46,076 nucleotides of DNA from an uncultured Spartobacteria bacterium (GTDB taxonomy: Bacteria > Verrucomicrobiota > Verrucomicrobiia > Chthoniobacterales > UBA6821): the NCBI GenBank assembly GCA_903823215.1, contig CAIJRY010000204.1, positions 1 to 46,076 of the forward strand, in the 5' to 3' direction. The notes beneath the pieces were generated by a model. It saw nothing but the letters and a program-made list of their open reading frames with translations, had not been told where the DNA came from and did no database searches. Made by a program: the position numbers and the translations under genes. Positions 1-10,750 of this stretch are shown here, piece by piece (position 1 is the first letter of the stretch; each line of letters begins with the position of its first letter).

Positions 1-2897
1 AGCTCTCCGCCTCGGGATGGAAGACCGATGCCGGCAATGTCTCGGTGACGCTGAACCTCCCTCCCGGTTGGAGGCTCTTTGCCCTCTTCGGTGCCGACTG
101 GGTCTCGGGGGATTGGTTGACAGCGTGGAATCTGCTCGATCTCTTCCTCCTTCTGATCTTCACGTTGGCAGTCTTCCGGCTCTGGGGATTTCTCCCCTCG
201 GTGGTCGCCTTCATCGCCTTGACCCTCTCCTATCATGAGCCGGGAGCCCCCCGTTACAGTTGGCTGATCCTGTTGATCCCTCTCGCTCTTGGCAGGATCC
301 TGACCCAAGGGTGGGGTGGCCGCGTCGTCACCGCCGCCAAGTGGATCTGCATCGCGGTGCTACTCATGAACCTGATCCCCTTCCTCTCCCAGCAACTCCA
401 GCAAGTGCTCTATCCTCAGTTGGAGCGTGTCTCCCACGCTCCCGGCAGACCTTCGACGCCGCTTGCGGTTGCTGCACCAATGCGAGCGGTAATGAATGAG
501 ACAGACTCTGAGCAAGCGGAGGTTGCGACATCCTCACTCGTTACCAGAGGTTTGGGTTTGAATGGTGATTCAGAAAAATCATTGGGAGACGCTCCTGTTG
601 ATGCAGTCGTTGCTGGTGCCGCAGGGAAAGTTGCAGGAAGAGGGGGTGGGGCCGGAGGTTCGTGGGGAGTCAGTTCAGTGGTTTCTAGCAAGGCTCAGAA
701 TGCCTCTCTCTACCAGAATCAGAATCTTCAGAATGATCTGGGTGCCAATATCCAGACAGGCCCAGCCCAGCCGACATGGAAATGGAGAAGCATCTCCTTC
801 GGATGGAACGGTCCTGTCACTGCCGCCCAGACGGTCCGACCCGTTCTGATTCCTCTCGGTGTCGAGCGAATGCTCACCATCTTGCGGATCATCACACTCA
901 TCCTTCTTGCCGCCCTCCTGCTTGAGGCACGCCGCTTCCGTAGTCTGCTCGGTGCCACGGGAGGTGGCGGTATGGCGGTCGCTCCGCTCCTGATTGCGGG
1001 TCTTCTTGCCATGGCGTTCTGCCCGTCGGTGAGCGCCCAGTCCCAGATTCCCGATCAGAAGATGATCGAGACGCTGCGCGACCGCCTGCTCGAACCCTCC
1101 ACCGCCTATCCCACTGCCGCCGACATTCCAACGGCGGCCCTCAAGATCGACGGACGCCACCTTCAACTCGATCTCGAGGTCCATGCCGTCCTGCGCACGG
1201 CGGTTCCCGTTCCCGGAGCTCTCCCCTCCTGGTCGCCTGTGACTCTTCTGCTCGACGGGAAGCCCGCCGAGGCGCTTCGACGCGCTGACAGTTTCCTCTG
1301 GGTGGTCGTTCCCGAGGGGGTTCACCACATCCAGGTCACCGGGCTCCTCGGAGAGGTGACTGACTGGGAGTGGTCTTTCCGGCTCAAGCCGCACCGGGTG
1401 ACCATTGAGGCGCCGGGATGGACCGTCACCGGGGTGAAGCCGAATGGTGTCCCCGAACAGCAGATTTTCCTCTCCCAGAAACAGAAGACGGTCGGGGGAG
1501 GTGTGGATTACGACAATCCCGATCTCAAGAGTATCGCGCTGGTGGAGCGCAATCTGGAACTCGGTCTTGTCTGGCAGATCCACACCACAGTCTCCAGAAA
1601 ATCCCCCGAGGGCAGGGCGATCTCGCTGCGTATTCCCCTGCTGCCGGGTGAGAATATCCTGACCTCCAACGCCGTGGTGAAGGATGGTGCCGTGGAGGTG
1701 CGTCTCGGGGCGCGGGAGGGGAGTTATTCATGGGATAGCGAGCTGCCCGTGACCACGGCACTCCGCATCGCATCACGCAAGGATGATTCCTGGACGGAAC
1801 TCTGGCGCATGGCAGCTTCGCCCATCTGGAATGTCTCCTTCAGTGGATTAAACCCCGTCTTCGAACAGCGCACCTCCGACCTGATACCTGTCTGGCATCC
1901 GTGGCCCGGCGAGTTGGTCGAACTTTCCATTAGTCGTCCGGTTCCTGTGGAAGGGGCCACCGTCACCGTGGATAAGGGGCGTCATGAGATCACCCTCGGT
2001 CGCCGTCAACGGGAGTCGATGCTCAGTCTCAGTCTTCGTTGCAGCGTCGGTCAGGATTTCCGGATCACGCTCCCCTCCGGGGCGCAGGTGACTTCCCTGA
2101 AGATAGCAGGTCAATCCTCTCCCGTGCGCATGGAGGGAGAGCAGTTGGTGCTATCCCTGAAGCCAGGCTCACAGAATCTCTCGGTGGCCTGGACCACACC
2201 GCAACTGCTGGAAAACAGTAGCAAGGCGGGAAGCATCAGGCTCCCTGTGGAAACCTCCAATATCACCACGGTTATCAGGGTTCCCCAGGATCGCTGGACA
2301 TTGCTGACTTTCGGGCCGCAGATTGGCCCGGCAGTCCGTTTCTGGGGCCTTCTGATCGCTTCACTCATCGCCGCGGTCATTCTGGCGCGACTGAGTCTCT
2401 CACCCCTCACTGCGGTGGCGTGGCTGCTTCTGCTGCTGGGACTCACCCAGGTGAGTCTTGTTCCTGCACTAGCTGTGGTTCTCTGGTTCTTTCTCTTCTC
2501 CTGGCGTGGAAGAATGGAGTGGGAGGGAAAAGAAGTCCTGAGAAATATTTTTCAACTCTTCCTGATCGGACTGACTCTTACCTTCTTTGGTGTCATGATC
2601 CTCCTGCTCAACGAAGGGCTGCTCGGATCACCACGCATGTTCATCATCGGCAACTATTCCAACGCATGGATGCTGCAATGGAGCGAACCACGATGTGGTA
2701 ATCTCCTGCCTCAACCCGGCTGTCTTACGATCTCGATCTGGTGGTACCGCCTGCTGATGCTCCTCTGGGCACTCTGGCTTGCCTCCTCCATGGTTCGCTG
2801 GCTCCCCTGGGCCTGGAAGCAGTTTTCCCACGGAGGGATCTTCTTCCGCAGAGTAAAAAAAACCGTAGTCCCACCCGTACCACCTCCACTGGGTTGA
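1..2897 (+). CDS. Large multi-pass membrane protein of unknown function, 5'-truncated (>960 aa)
   Basis: The frame is open from position 3 (LSASGWKTDAGNVSVTLNLPPGW...) to TGA at 2895-2897. Hydrophobic TM clusters lie near both ends and in the middle, around Trp/Pro-rich beta-like soluble regions. No catalytic motif recognised. Confidence 0.8.
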   Translation, partial: LSASGWKTDAGNVSVTLNLPPGWRLFALFGADWVSGDWLTAWNLLDLFLLLIFTLAVFRLWGFLPSVVAFIALTLSYHEPGAPRYSWLILLIPLALGRILTQGWGGRVVTAAKWICIAVLLMNLIPFLSQQLQQVLYPQLERVSHAPGRPSTPLAVAAPMRAVMNETDSEQAEVATSSLVTRGLGLNGDSEKSLGDAPVDAVVAGAAGKVAGRGGGAGGSWGVSSVVSSKAQNASLYQNQNLQNDLGANIQTGPAQPTWKWRSISFGWNGPVTAAQTVRPVLIPLGVERMLTILRIITLILLAALLLEARRFRSLLGATGGGGMAVAPLLIAGLLAMAFCPSVSAQSQIPDQKMIETLRDRLLEPSTAYPTAADIPTAALKIDGRHLQLDLEVHAVLRTAVPVPGALPSWSPVTLLLDGKPAEALRRADSFLWVVVPEGVHHIQVTGLLGEVTDWEWSFRLKPHRVTIEAPGWTVTGVKPNGVPEQQIFLSQKQKTVGGGVDYDNPDLKSIALVERNLELGLVWQIHTTVSRKSPEGRAISLRIPLLPGENILTSNAVVKDGAVEVRLGAREGSYSWDSELPVTTALRIASRKDDSWTELWRMAASPIWNVSFSGLNPVFEQRTSDLIPVWHPWPGELVELSISRPVPVEGATVTVDKGRHEITLGRRQRESMLSLSLRCSVGQDFRITLPSGAQVTSLKIAGQSSPVRMEGEQLVLSLKPGSQNLSVAWTTPQLLENSSKAGSIRLPVETSNITTVIRVPQDRWTLLTFGPQIGPAVRFWGLLIASLIAAVILARLSLSPLTAVAWLLLLLGLTQVSLVPALAVVLWFFLFSWRGRMEWEGKEVLRNIFQLFLIGLTLTFFGVMILLLNEGLLGSPRMFIIGNYSNAWMLQWSEPRCGNLLPQPGCLTISIWWYRLLMLLWALWLASSMVRWLPWAWKQFSHGGIFFRRVKKTVVPPVPPPLG

Positions 2898-2902
2898 TTG
2901 GG

Positions 2903-4219
2903 TTATTTCTGCCCGGAAAATTTGCTGGTGATCCAGTCGAGGGCTGACTCGCGTGTGGTGAGGCTGCCCTCCAGTTGGCGGTTTTGCACGGCCTCCAGAA
3001 TCTCCGCGAATTGTTTTCCCGGTTTCCAGCCAAGAGCGATTAGATCATGCCCCGTGACAAGGGGAGGGGGGATCAAAGGTTCGTGGCTGAATTCCTCTCG
3101 CTTTGCGATCAGCAGGGCATGGTTGTCCAGCAAGCCGTGACTGCCAAGGCAATCGACCCGGTGAAGTTCAAGTTCCTCGTCGAAGGTGGTCCGCGCCATC
3201 ATCCGCTTGAGGGTGGAAGTCTTCATCTGAGGAACATCCTTGAAACTCATGTGAAGTCGAACTGCAGGAATGACCGAATCGATCACTTCGTTCGGAAAAC
3301 GAAGTCGCTGCAGAAGCCGCAGGCCCATCTGGGCGCTCACTCCTTCGTGGCCGTTGAATCTCATCCGTCCGGTTTCATCGATCACCCGTGTTGCAGGTTT
3401 GCCGATGTCATGAAGCAGAACAGAGAGCACCAATGTCAGCGAGGCATCGGGTGCCAGCATGGAAAGCATCAGCCGTGTGTGGACAAAGACATCACCCTCG
3501 GGATGAAATTCGGGTGGCTGATCACACCCCTTGAGAGCCTCGACCTCTGGCAGAATCTCCCTAAGGAGTCCGCTTTGATCAAGGAGATCAAATCCCCTCA
3601 ACCTGTTTGATGAAATAAGGATTTTGATGAGTTCCTCGCGGATTCGTTCCGCACTGACGGCGTGGATTTCAGGAGCCCATTGTTGTACAGCGCTCCACGT
3701 GGGTGGATCGATGGAGAATCCAAGCGTCGTGGCAAAACGAACCGCCCGCAGCAGGCGCAATTTGTCCTCGGCAAAGCGTTCCGAGGGATCGCCGATGGCC
3801 CGAAGGAGATGACTTTTTAGATCTTCCTGACCGCCGACATAATCGAGGATTTCATTTTCGATGGGATTGAAGAAGAGCCCGTTGACGGTGAAGTCCCGCC
3901 GCAGCGCATCCCCTTCGGCATCGGTAAATCGAACGCTTTCCGGGTGACGCCCATCATGGTAGCTGCCATCTCCCCGGAAGGTCGCGACTTGGATTTCCTC
4001 GCCCTGCTCCAGCACGAGAATCACTCCAAACTGGGCCCCAATTGGAACAGTCCTCGGGAAAAGAGCCTCCACCCGCTCGGGACGGGCATCCGTCGCCACA
4101 TCGTAGTCGTGAGGCTCCAATCCCAGCAGCCTGTCCCGCACGCAACCTCCGGCATAGAGTGCCTCATAGCCATGGGCACGAAGCCGCTCCACGACTGATC
4201 TGGCGGCGGCTTCACTCAT
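2903..4219 (-). CDS. cca: CCA tRNA nucleotidyltransferase (class II) with HD domain
   Basis: Motifs GGCVRD..DYDVAT, RRDFTVN, EDKLR, ERIREEL and LLHDIGK. The flexible loop (YHDGRHP) is present and the poly(A) polymerase GRRF signature is absent (GAQF). Start moved to ATG 4219 (MSEAAA). Confidence 0.9.
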   Translation of the reverse strand: MSEAAARSVVERLRAHGYEALYAGGCVRDRLLGLEPHDYDVATDARPERVEALFPRTVPIGAQFGVILVLEQGEEIQVATFRGDGSYHDGRHPESVRFTDAEGDALRRDFTVNGLFFNPIENEILDYVGGQEDLKSHLLRAIGDPSERFAEDKLRLLRAVRFATTLGFSIDPPTWSAVQQWAPEIHAVSAERIREELIKILISSNRLRGFDLLDQSGLLREILPEVEALKGCDQPPEFHPEGDVFVHTRLMLSMLAPDASLTLVLSVLLHDIGKPATRVIDETGRMRFNGHEGVSAQMGLRLLQRLRFPNEVIDSVIPAVRLHMSFKDVPQMKTSTLKRMMARTTFDEELELHRVDCLGSHGLLDNHALLIAKREEFSHEPLIPPPLVTGHDLIALGWKPGKQFAEILEAVQNRQLEGSLTTRESALDWITSKFSGQK

Positions 4220-4277
4220 GGCCCTATCGTGCATGGGAGAGGAATGCCAGGGCAAGGAGGGAAGTGAAATCGCTCTC

Positions 4278-4342
4278 ACTGAAACCTGAAATGAGGGCGT
4301 AGTCCCTAAAATATCTTCAGGTTTCAAGTCTCAAGTTTCATC
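4278..4342. repeat. Inverted pair of heptamer arrays
   Basis: ACTGAAA CCTGAAA (4278-4291) faces CTTCAGG TTTCAAG TCTCAAG TTTCATC (4315-4342). TGAAACCTGAA/TTCAGGTTTCA is a perfect 11-bp inverted repeat. Confidence 0.75.
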
Positions 4343-4355
4343 CTTCTCTGCCGTC

Positions 4356-5231
4356 TCAGTTTCCCTTGGCTCCGATGCTTCGACGCAGTGCATCGCCAAG
4401 ATTATAGAGAGCAAGCAGTGTGGTGAGCAGGGCGAGTGAGGGAAAAAGAAGGAGCCACCAGGCACCGCGTAGTGGGTTGATCGAGGCGGCCCCCTCAGAG
4501 AGGAGTGACCCCCAGCTGGATTGGGGAGCCTGCACGCCGAGCCCAAGAAAGCTTAGAAAGGCCTCGTCAATGATGACCGATGGAATGGCAAGAGTAAGAT
4601 AGACGAGGACGATACCGGCCAGATTGGGAAGCAAGTGTCGCCAGAGAATCGTCCAGTATCCTTCACCCAAGACTCGTGCTGCCGCGACATAGGATCGCTC
4701 TCTCAGCGTCAGGGTCTGGCCGCGCACGATCCGCGCCATGGTCAGCCATTCGATGACTCCAAGCGAGAGGATGAGGATGACCAGGCGGGAAGATCCGACG
4801 AGCCAGTCCCATCCATGGGCACTTGCAGTCAGTTGAAGGCGTTCATTGAACGAATTGATAAAGATGAGAATGAAGATCAGTCGTGGCACGGAGTAGAGGA
4901 TATCGACTACTCTCATCATTCCCTGATCAATACCCATGCTCGCCGACCCGGCAACCAATCCGTACGAAGTGCCGATTAAGAGGCTGATCGCCGCACCGCA
5001 GATGCCGACAAGCAATGAGATGCGCCCCCCCTCAAGGATGCGAAAGAGGAGATCGCGACCATTCAGATCAGTGCCGCAGAGATGTGCCAGGCTGGGAGGC
5101 GCATAGGTCATTGATCCGGGAAGAGCATAGGAGGGCGGAAATAAGAAGGGGCCGATAATGACGGCAAGAACCATGACTGAAAGAGCCAGGAAAGGGATGC
5201 GGGACTTCTTTGGCAAAGAGAAGCTCATCAC
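4356..5231 (-). CDS. oppC: Oligopeptide/dipeptide ABC transporter permease (OppC-like)
   Basis: HLCGTDLNGRDLL, GRISLLVG, ARIVRGQTL, EAA-like loop (YVAAARVLG), LSFLGLG; overlaps oppB by 4 bp. Confidence 0.88.
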   Translation of the reverse strand: MMSFSLPKKSRIPFLALSVMVLAVIIGPFLFPPSYALPGSMTYAPPSLAHLCGTDLNGRDLLFRILEGGRISLLVGICGAAISLLIGTSYGLVAGSASMGIDQGMMRVVDILYSVPRLIFILIFINSFNERLQLTASAHGWDWLVGSSRLVILILSLGVIEWLTMARIVRGQTLTLRERSYVAAARVLGEGYWTILWRHLLPNLAGIVLVYLTLAIPSVIIDEAFLSFLGLGVQAPQSSWGSLLSEGAASINPLRGAWWLLLFPSLALLTTLLALYNLGDALRRSIGAKGN

Positions 5232-6133
5232 GACTTGATCCTCCGATCCAGCAAACGGTAGGAAAGATCAACGATGAGATTGAAAATCATCAGTAGCATG
5301 CAATAGACGATCACCACTCCCCCGAGCAGAAAGCCGTCGCGGTTGAGGATGGAGTTCACGAAAAATCCTCCGGCTCCGGGGATATGAAAGATTGTTTCGA
5401 CGACAATTGATCCTGTGAGGAGATTCGCAGCCAGCGGGCCAAGGTAGGAAACCACCGGCAGAATGGCGACTCGCAGTGCGTGACCGTAAATGACTCTCCC
5501 CTCTGAGAGACCCTTGGATCGGGCCGTCCTGATGAAATCCTCCACGAGAGTTTCCCTGAGGCTGTCGTGAAGCAAACGCGCGATCACCGCGGCAAATGGA
5601 ATGGCAAGTGTGATGGCAGGAAGAACAAGTTGCTGGAGAGTGCCCCAGCCACCCACCGGCAACCATGCCAGCTTGATGGAAAAAATCAGAATCAGCAGCG
5701 GTCCAAGGACAAACGAGGGGAGTGAAATCGAGACAAGGGTAAGGGCCAGCGCCATGCTCTCGGTGAGGCTTCCCGGGCGAGCCGCAGCAAAGGCTCCGAG
5801 CCAGAGGCCTGCTAAAACGGCCAGAAGGAAGGCTGCGGAACCCAAGGAGAGTGTGACTGGAAGCGTTTGGGCGAGGATTTCATTGACGGAACGATTGCGA
5901 TATTTGGTGGAAAGGCGCAGATCACCATGAAGGAGATCACCCAGATAGCCTGCGTACTGGGTGAGGATGGGACCATCAAGTTTGTATTTGGCCAGAAGCT
6001 GCTTCTCAATTGCGGCGGGAATCTTTCTCTCCGCATCAAACGGACCGCCTGGTGAGAGGCGGATCAGGAAGAAGGTGATGCTGACCACGCAGAACAACAC
6101 GATCAACATCGAGGCAAGGCGACGAAGCATCAT
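5228..6133 (-). CDS. oppB: Oligopeptide ABC transporter permease (OppB-like)
   Basis: PGGPF, DFIRTARSKGL, HALR, GSIVVETIFHIPG. Start moved to ATG 6133 because the upstream extension runs through a tandem repeat. Confidence 0.9.
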   Translation of the reverse strand: MMLRRLASMLIVLFCVVSITFFLIRLSPGGPFDAERKIPAAIEKQLLAKYKLDGPILTQYAGYLGDLLHGDLRLSTKYRNRSVNEILAQTLPVTLSLGSAAFLLAVLAGLWLGAFAAARPGSLTESMALALTLVSISLPSFVLGPLLILIFSIKLAWLPVGGWGTLQQLVLPAITLAIPFAAVIARLLHDSLRETLVEDFIRTARSKGLSEGRVIYGHALRVAILPVVSYLGPLAANLLTGSIVVETIFHIPGAGGFFVNSILNRDGFLLGGVVIVYCMLLMIFNLIVDLSYRLLDRRIKS

Positions 6134-6140
6134 GCCAAAG

Positions 6141-6168
6141 GATGAAGGATGAAGGATCAAGGATGAAA
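6141..6168. repeat. Heptamer tandem array (GATGAAG x4, degenerate)
   Basis: GATGAAG GATGAAG GATCAAG GATGAAA, directly upstream of the oppB start. Confidence 0.85.
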
Positions 6169-6207
6169 CAAAAATGCACCACTTTCGCTAAGAAAAGTGA
6201 TGCATTT
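6166..6207 (-). terminator. Rho-independent terminator after gap-pgk-tpiA
   Basis: Minus strand AAATGCATCACTTT-TCTTAGCG-AAAGTGGTGCATTT (one G.U pair), followed by TTGTTT. Confidence 0.7.
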
Positions 6208-6261
6208 GGAGAATCACACCAGAACTCCGAATTCGGGATCGTTTATCCCGAGCTAATCTTC

Positions 6262-7044
6262 TTATTCTTCTTCAACGGGCGAGCCTGCGGCCACGATCTT
6301 GGCAAAGCCGCGGGGATCAAGACTGGCCCCACCGACTAGAGCACCATCAATGTCGGGTTGAGACATCAATTCGGCAGCCGTGTCGGCTGTGACACTTCCT
6401 CCGTAGAGGATACGGGCTTTGTCAGCCACTTCGGTTCCGGCAAGTTTGGCGAGCTGTTCGCGGATAAATTGATGGGCCTCCTGAGCTTGGGCGGGAGTAG
6501 CTGTCAATCCGGTGCCGATCGCCCAGACCGGTTCGTAAGCGACGATCACTTCCTCCAGATCCTCCTTGGAGAGTCCGGCAAGGGCACCATGAAGCTGGGT
6601 TTCCAAAACGACCTTTTCCTGACCCGCCTGCCGCTCTTCGAGCGTCTCGCCGATGCAGAGGATGGGACGCAGTTCCGAGGCGATGGCGGCGACAAGCTTG
6701 CGGCGCACGACTTCATCTGTTTCTCCGTAGAGGCGTCGGCGCTCACTATGCCCCACGAGGACATAGCGGACGAAGAGATCGCGAAGCATGGACGCCGAGA
6801 TCTCGCCGGTAAAGGCACCCTTGGCTTCCGCCGAGAGATTCTGTGCGCCGAGTCGGATTTTCTGAGTGCCGCCCAGGATTTCAGAAGCCTTGGAGAGTCC
6901 CGTGAAGGGAGGGATCAAGGCGATGTCAACGCCGTCGATCTCTTCAATCTCCTTGCGAAATGTTTCCAGATAGGGAGCGACCTCCGAGGGGGTCGTGTTC
7001 ATTTTCCAGTTTCCTGCTACGAGTTTTTTGCGAGGTAGAGCCAT
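6262..7044 (-). CDS. tpiA: Triosephosphate isomerase
   Basis: GNWKMN, GHSERR, AYEPVWAIGTG, LYGGSV, LVGGASL. Confidence 0.98.
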   Translation of the reverse strand: MALPRKKLVAGNWKMNTTPSEVAPYLETFRKEIEEIDGVDIALIPPFTGLSKASEILGGTQKIRLGAQNLSAEAKGAFTGEISASMLRDLFVRYVLVGHSERRRLYGETDEVVRRKLVAAIASELRPILCIGETLEERQAGQEKVVLETQLHGALAGLSKEDLEEVIVAYEPVWAIGTGLTATPAQAQEAHQFIREQLAKLAGTEVADKARILYGGSVTADTAAELMSQPDIDGALVGGASLDPRGFAKIVAAGSPVEEE

Positions 7045-7058
7045 GATGAGTTGGTAAG

Positions 7059-8306
7059 TTAGATTTTTTCGTCGAGTGAAGCGACTCCGGGAAGTGTTTT
7101 TCCCTCGAGAAGTTCCAGGGAGGCACCGCCACCGGTGGAAGCATGGGTGACTTTGTCGATCACACCGAATTTTTTAGCTGCTGTTGCCGTATCACCACCA
7201 CCCACAACGGTCGTGGCTCCGCTTGCGGTCGCTGCGGCAATGGCGATGGCCATGGACTTGGTTCCCTCGGCAAACTTGTCGAATTCAAACACACCGGCCG
7301 GCCCGTTCCAGATGATGGTTTTTGATTTGGCGATAACTGCCGCAAAGAGTTCGTTGCTTTTCGGGCCGACATCGAGGCCCTGCCATCCGGAGGGGATCCC
7401 TTCGGCAACGGTGGCCGTACCGGTATTTGCATCGGGTGCGAATTTATCGGCTGTGATGAAATCGACGGGGAGATGGATTTTCACCCCTTTGGACTTCGCC
7501 TTCTCGATCAGTTCGGGAATGATTTCCGCGCCGGCGGGGTCGAAGAGGCTGTCTCCGATTTCCATTCCATCCATGACCTTGCAGAAAGTGTAAGCCATGC
7601 CGCCGCCCACGATGATGTCGTCGGCCTTGTCGAGCAGGTTGCGGATGAGTGGAATTTTATCGGCGATCTTAGCACCGCCAAGAATGGCAAGCAAAGGACG
7701 CTGCGGGTTCTCAATGACTGCGGCAAAAGCGGAGAGTTCCTTCTCGACAAGGAAACCGGCGACCTTATCAGGAAGATCGACACCGGTGACACTCGAGTGC
7801 GCGCGGTGGGATGTGCCGAAAGCATCGTTGACATAGACATCACCGAGATTGCTTAGGCTGGCACGGAAAGCCGCGACTTTCACCGGATCAGCTTTTATGC
7901 TATTTCCATCGGCATCCTTGGACTTGCCCTCTTCCTCGATATGGAAGCGGACATTCTCAAGGAGGACGACTTCACCCGGTTTAAGCGCGGCACAGGTGGC
8001 TTCAACCTCAGGACCGACGCAGTCGCTGAGGAACCTGACCGGCTTTCCGAGGAGTTCCTGAAGTTTTTCGGCAACAGGCTTGAGTGTGTATTTTGGGGTC
8101 ACCTGACCGTTGGGCCTGCCAAGATGGCTGGCCAGAACCACGGAGGCACCATGATCGAGGGCATATTGGATGGTGGGCAATGCGGCCGTAATGCGCTGGG
8201 TGTTGGTGATTGCACCCGTTTGTTTATCCTGGGGCACATTGAAGTCGACGCGGATGAAGACGCGCTTGCCGGCAAGATTGAGGTCTTTGATGGTTTTTTT
8301 GGCCAT
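7059..8306 (-). CDS. pgk: Phosphoglycerate kinase
   Basis: [40 protein letters not shown]. Confidence 0.98.
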   Translation of the reverse strand: MAKKTIKDLNLAGKRVFIRVDFNVPQDKQTGAITNTQRITAALPTIQYALDHGASVVLASHLGRPNGQVTPKYTLKPVAEKLQELLGKPVRFLSDCVGPEVEATCAALKPGEVVLLENVRFHIEEEGKSKDADGNSIKADPVKVAAFRASLSNLGDVYVNDAFGTSHRAHSSVTGVDLPDKVAGFLVEKELSAFAAVIENPQRPLLAILGGAKIADKIPLIRNLLDKADDIIVGGGMAYTFCKVMDGMEIGDSLFDPAGAEIIPELIEKAKSKGVKIHLPVDFITADKFAPDANTGTATVAEGIPSGWQGLDVGPKSNELFAAVIAKSKTIIWNGPAGVFEFDKFAEGTKSMAIAIAAATASGATTVVGGGDTATAAKKFGVIDKVTHASTGGGASLELLEGKTLPGVASLDEKI

Positions 8307-8346
8307 GAGAATGAGTGATGGTTTCTTTGAAAATGGTTTAAACCGT

Positions 8347-8408
8347 AAAACAAGAAAGCAGGAAAATCAGGAAGTAGAGACTCCTGATTTCCTGATTTTC
8401 TAATTTTT
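8347..8408. repeat. Inverted arrays of an approximately 9-bp unit (AAATCAGGA) between gap and pgk
   Basis: AAAACAAGA AAGCAGGAA AATCAGGAA, then gtagagac, then TCCTGATT TCCTGATTT TCTAATTTT; the arms can pair as a hairpin. Confidence 0.7.
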
Positions 8409-8419
8409 GGATAATGGGA

Positions 8420-9508
<1,089 letters not shown>

Positions 9509-9536
9509 TTAATTTCACGGACACGCCCCGTCAATT

Positions 9537-10085
9537 CTAATCGCCCTGCTCGATGTTTTTTGGAGGCGATCCGTTCAGCAAAAGGGCTTCTTTAATGACT
9601 TTCTCAACGGTTTGCTCATGAGAGAGTCCCGTGGCATCGATTTTCAGATCCGCCGTGCCCGCATAAAGGGGGATGCGTGATTCCAGCAAGTTGAAGAAGG
9701 TGCTGCGTGGATTTTCCACTTCCAGTAGTGGACGTTTACGACTGCGGGATGCGCGTTCAAAGAGAGTTTCTGGTTCCGCGTGAAGCCAGATTACGAGTCC
9801 AAGTTGACGAAAAAGATCACGGTTCAAGGGGTTGAGAACCGCTCCTCCACCCGTGGCCAGGATAATCTTTGAAGAGCCTGCCAGCGACTGGAGTTCCTCA
9901 GTCTCCCTTTTGCGAAATCCATCTTCTCCTTCGGTAGCGAAGATGTCGGAAATACTGTGTTCGGCGCGGGCGGCGATCAACTCGTCGCTATCGAGGAACT
10001 TGTGCCCAAGTCGCAGGGCAATCCGCCTGCCAATGCTGCTTTTCCCGCATCCCATGAATCCGATGAGGATGATGTTGGAGATCAT
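9537..10085 (-). CDS. aroK: Shikimate kinase
   Basis: Walker A GFMGCGKS, DSD, FRKRE, ATGGG, RPLL. Confidence 0.93.
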   Translation of the reverse strand: MISNIILIGFMGCGKSSIGRRIALRLGHKFLDSDELIAARAEHSISDIFATEGEDGFRKRETEELQSLAGSSKIILATGGGAVLNPLNRDLFRQLGLVIWLHAEPETLFERASRSRKRPLLEVENPRSTFFNLLESRIPLYAGTADLKIDATGLSHEQTVEKVIKEALLLNGSPPKNIEQGD

Positions 10086-10100
10086 GGTGTGGAGGGTAAG

Positions 10101-10128
10101 ACTGAAAGCTAAAAGCTAAAAGGTGAAA
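10101..10128. repeat. Heptamer tandem array
   Basis: ACTGAAA GCTAAAA GCTAAAA GGTGAAA, 15 bp upstream of the aroK start. Confidence 0.8.
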
Positions 10129-10177
10129 AGGCGCATGGAGTGATTGGGGAGATAGGTCATACAAGCCATCGTATTGA

Positions 10178-10207
10178 TTGTCTTGCGTGTGATGATCTGA
10201 ATACGAT
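10178..10207 (+). promoter_or_regulatory. Putative sigma70 promoter giving a leaderless purE mRNA
   Basis: TTGTCT-N18-TACGAT-N6-ATG(10214). Confidence 0.5.
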
Positions 10208-10213
10208 GGCGCG

Positions 10214-10750
10214 ATGCCTGCCAAAAAAATGAAAATCACTGCTGTGCCTCTCGTTGGTGTCGTGATGGGGAGCAAAAGCGATTGGGAGACGATGGGTCAT
10301 GCGGTTGCGATTCTGGAAGAGTTTGGAGTTCCCTGCGAATATCGTGTTGTTTCCGCTCACAGGATGCCGGATGCAATGGCTGCCTATGCCAAGGAGGCCG
10401 AGGGGAGGGGATTGCGCGCCATCATTGCCGGAGCAGGTGGCGCCGCCCATCTACCAGGAATGATCGCCGCCCAGACCACCGTGCCCGTGCTTGGTGTACC
10501 GGTGAAAAGCCGGACCATGGAGGGATTTGACTCCTTGCTCTCGATTGTCCAGATGCCCGCCGGAATTCCCGTTGCCTCGTTTGCCATCGGTGAGGCAGGG
10601 GCAAAAAATGCCGCCCTTTTTGCCGTGGCACTTCTTGCCGCCCACGACGAACAGCTCTCCCGTAAGCTCGCCAAATTCCGCAAAACGCAGACAAAGATTG
10701 CTACGGAAAGTAAACTGGAAGCCCCTAAAAAGCTTACCCGTCGACTGTGA
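10214..10750 (+). CDS. purE: N5-CAIR mutase PurE
   Basis: [33 protein letters not shown]. Confidence 0.97.
   Translation: MPAKKMKITAVPLVGVVMGSKSDWETMGHAVAILEEFGVPCEYRVVSAHRMPDAMAAYAKEAEGRGLRAIIAGAGGAAHLPGMIAAQTTVPVLGVPVKSRTMEGFDSLLSIVQMPAGIPVASFAIGEAGAKNAALFAVALLAAHDEQLSRKLAKFRKTQTKIATESKLEAPKKLTRRL

Noticed and set aside
2903-4219. Poly(A) polymerase or CC-only adding enzyme
   Set aside because: The PAP GRRF-type signature is absent and the flexible loop needed for A addition is present.
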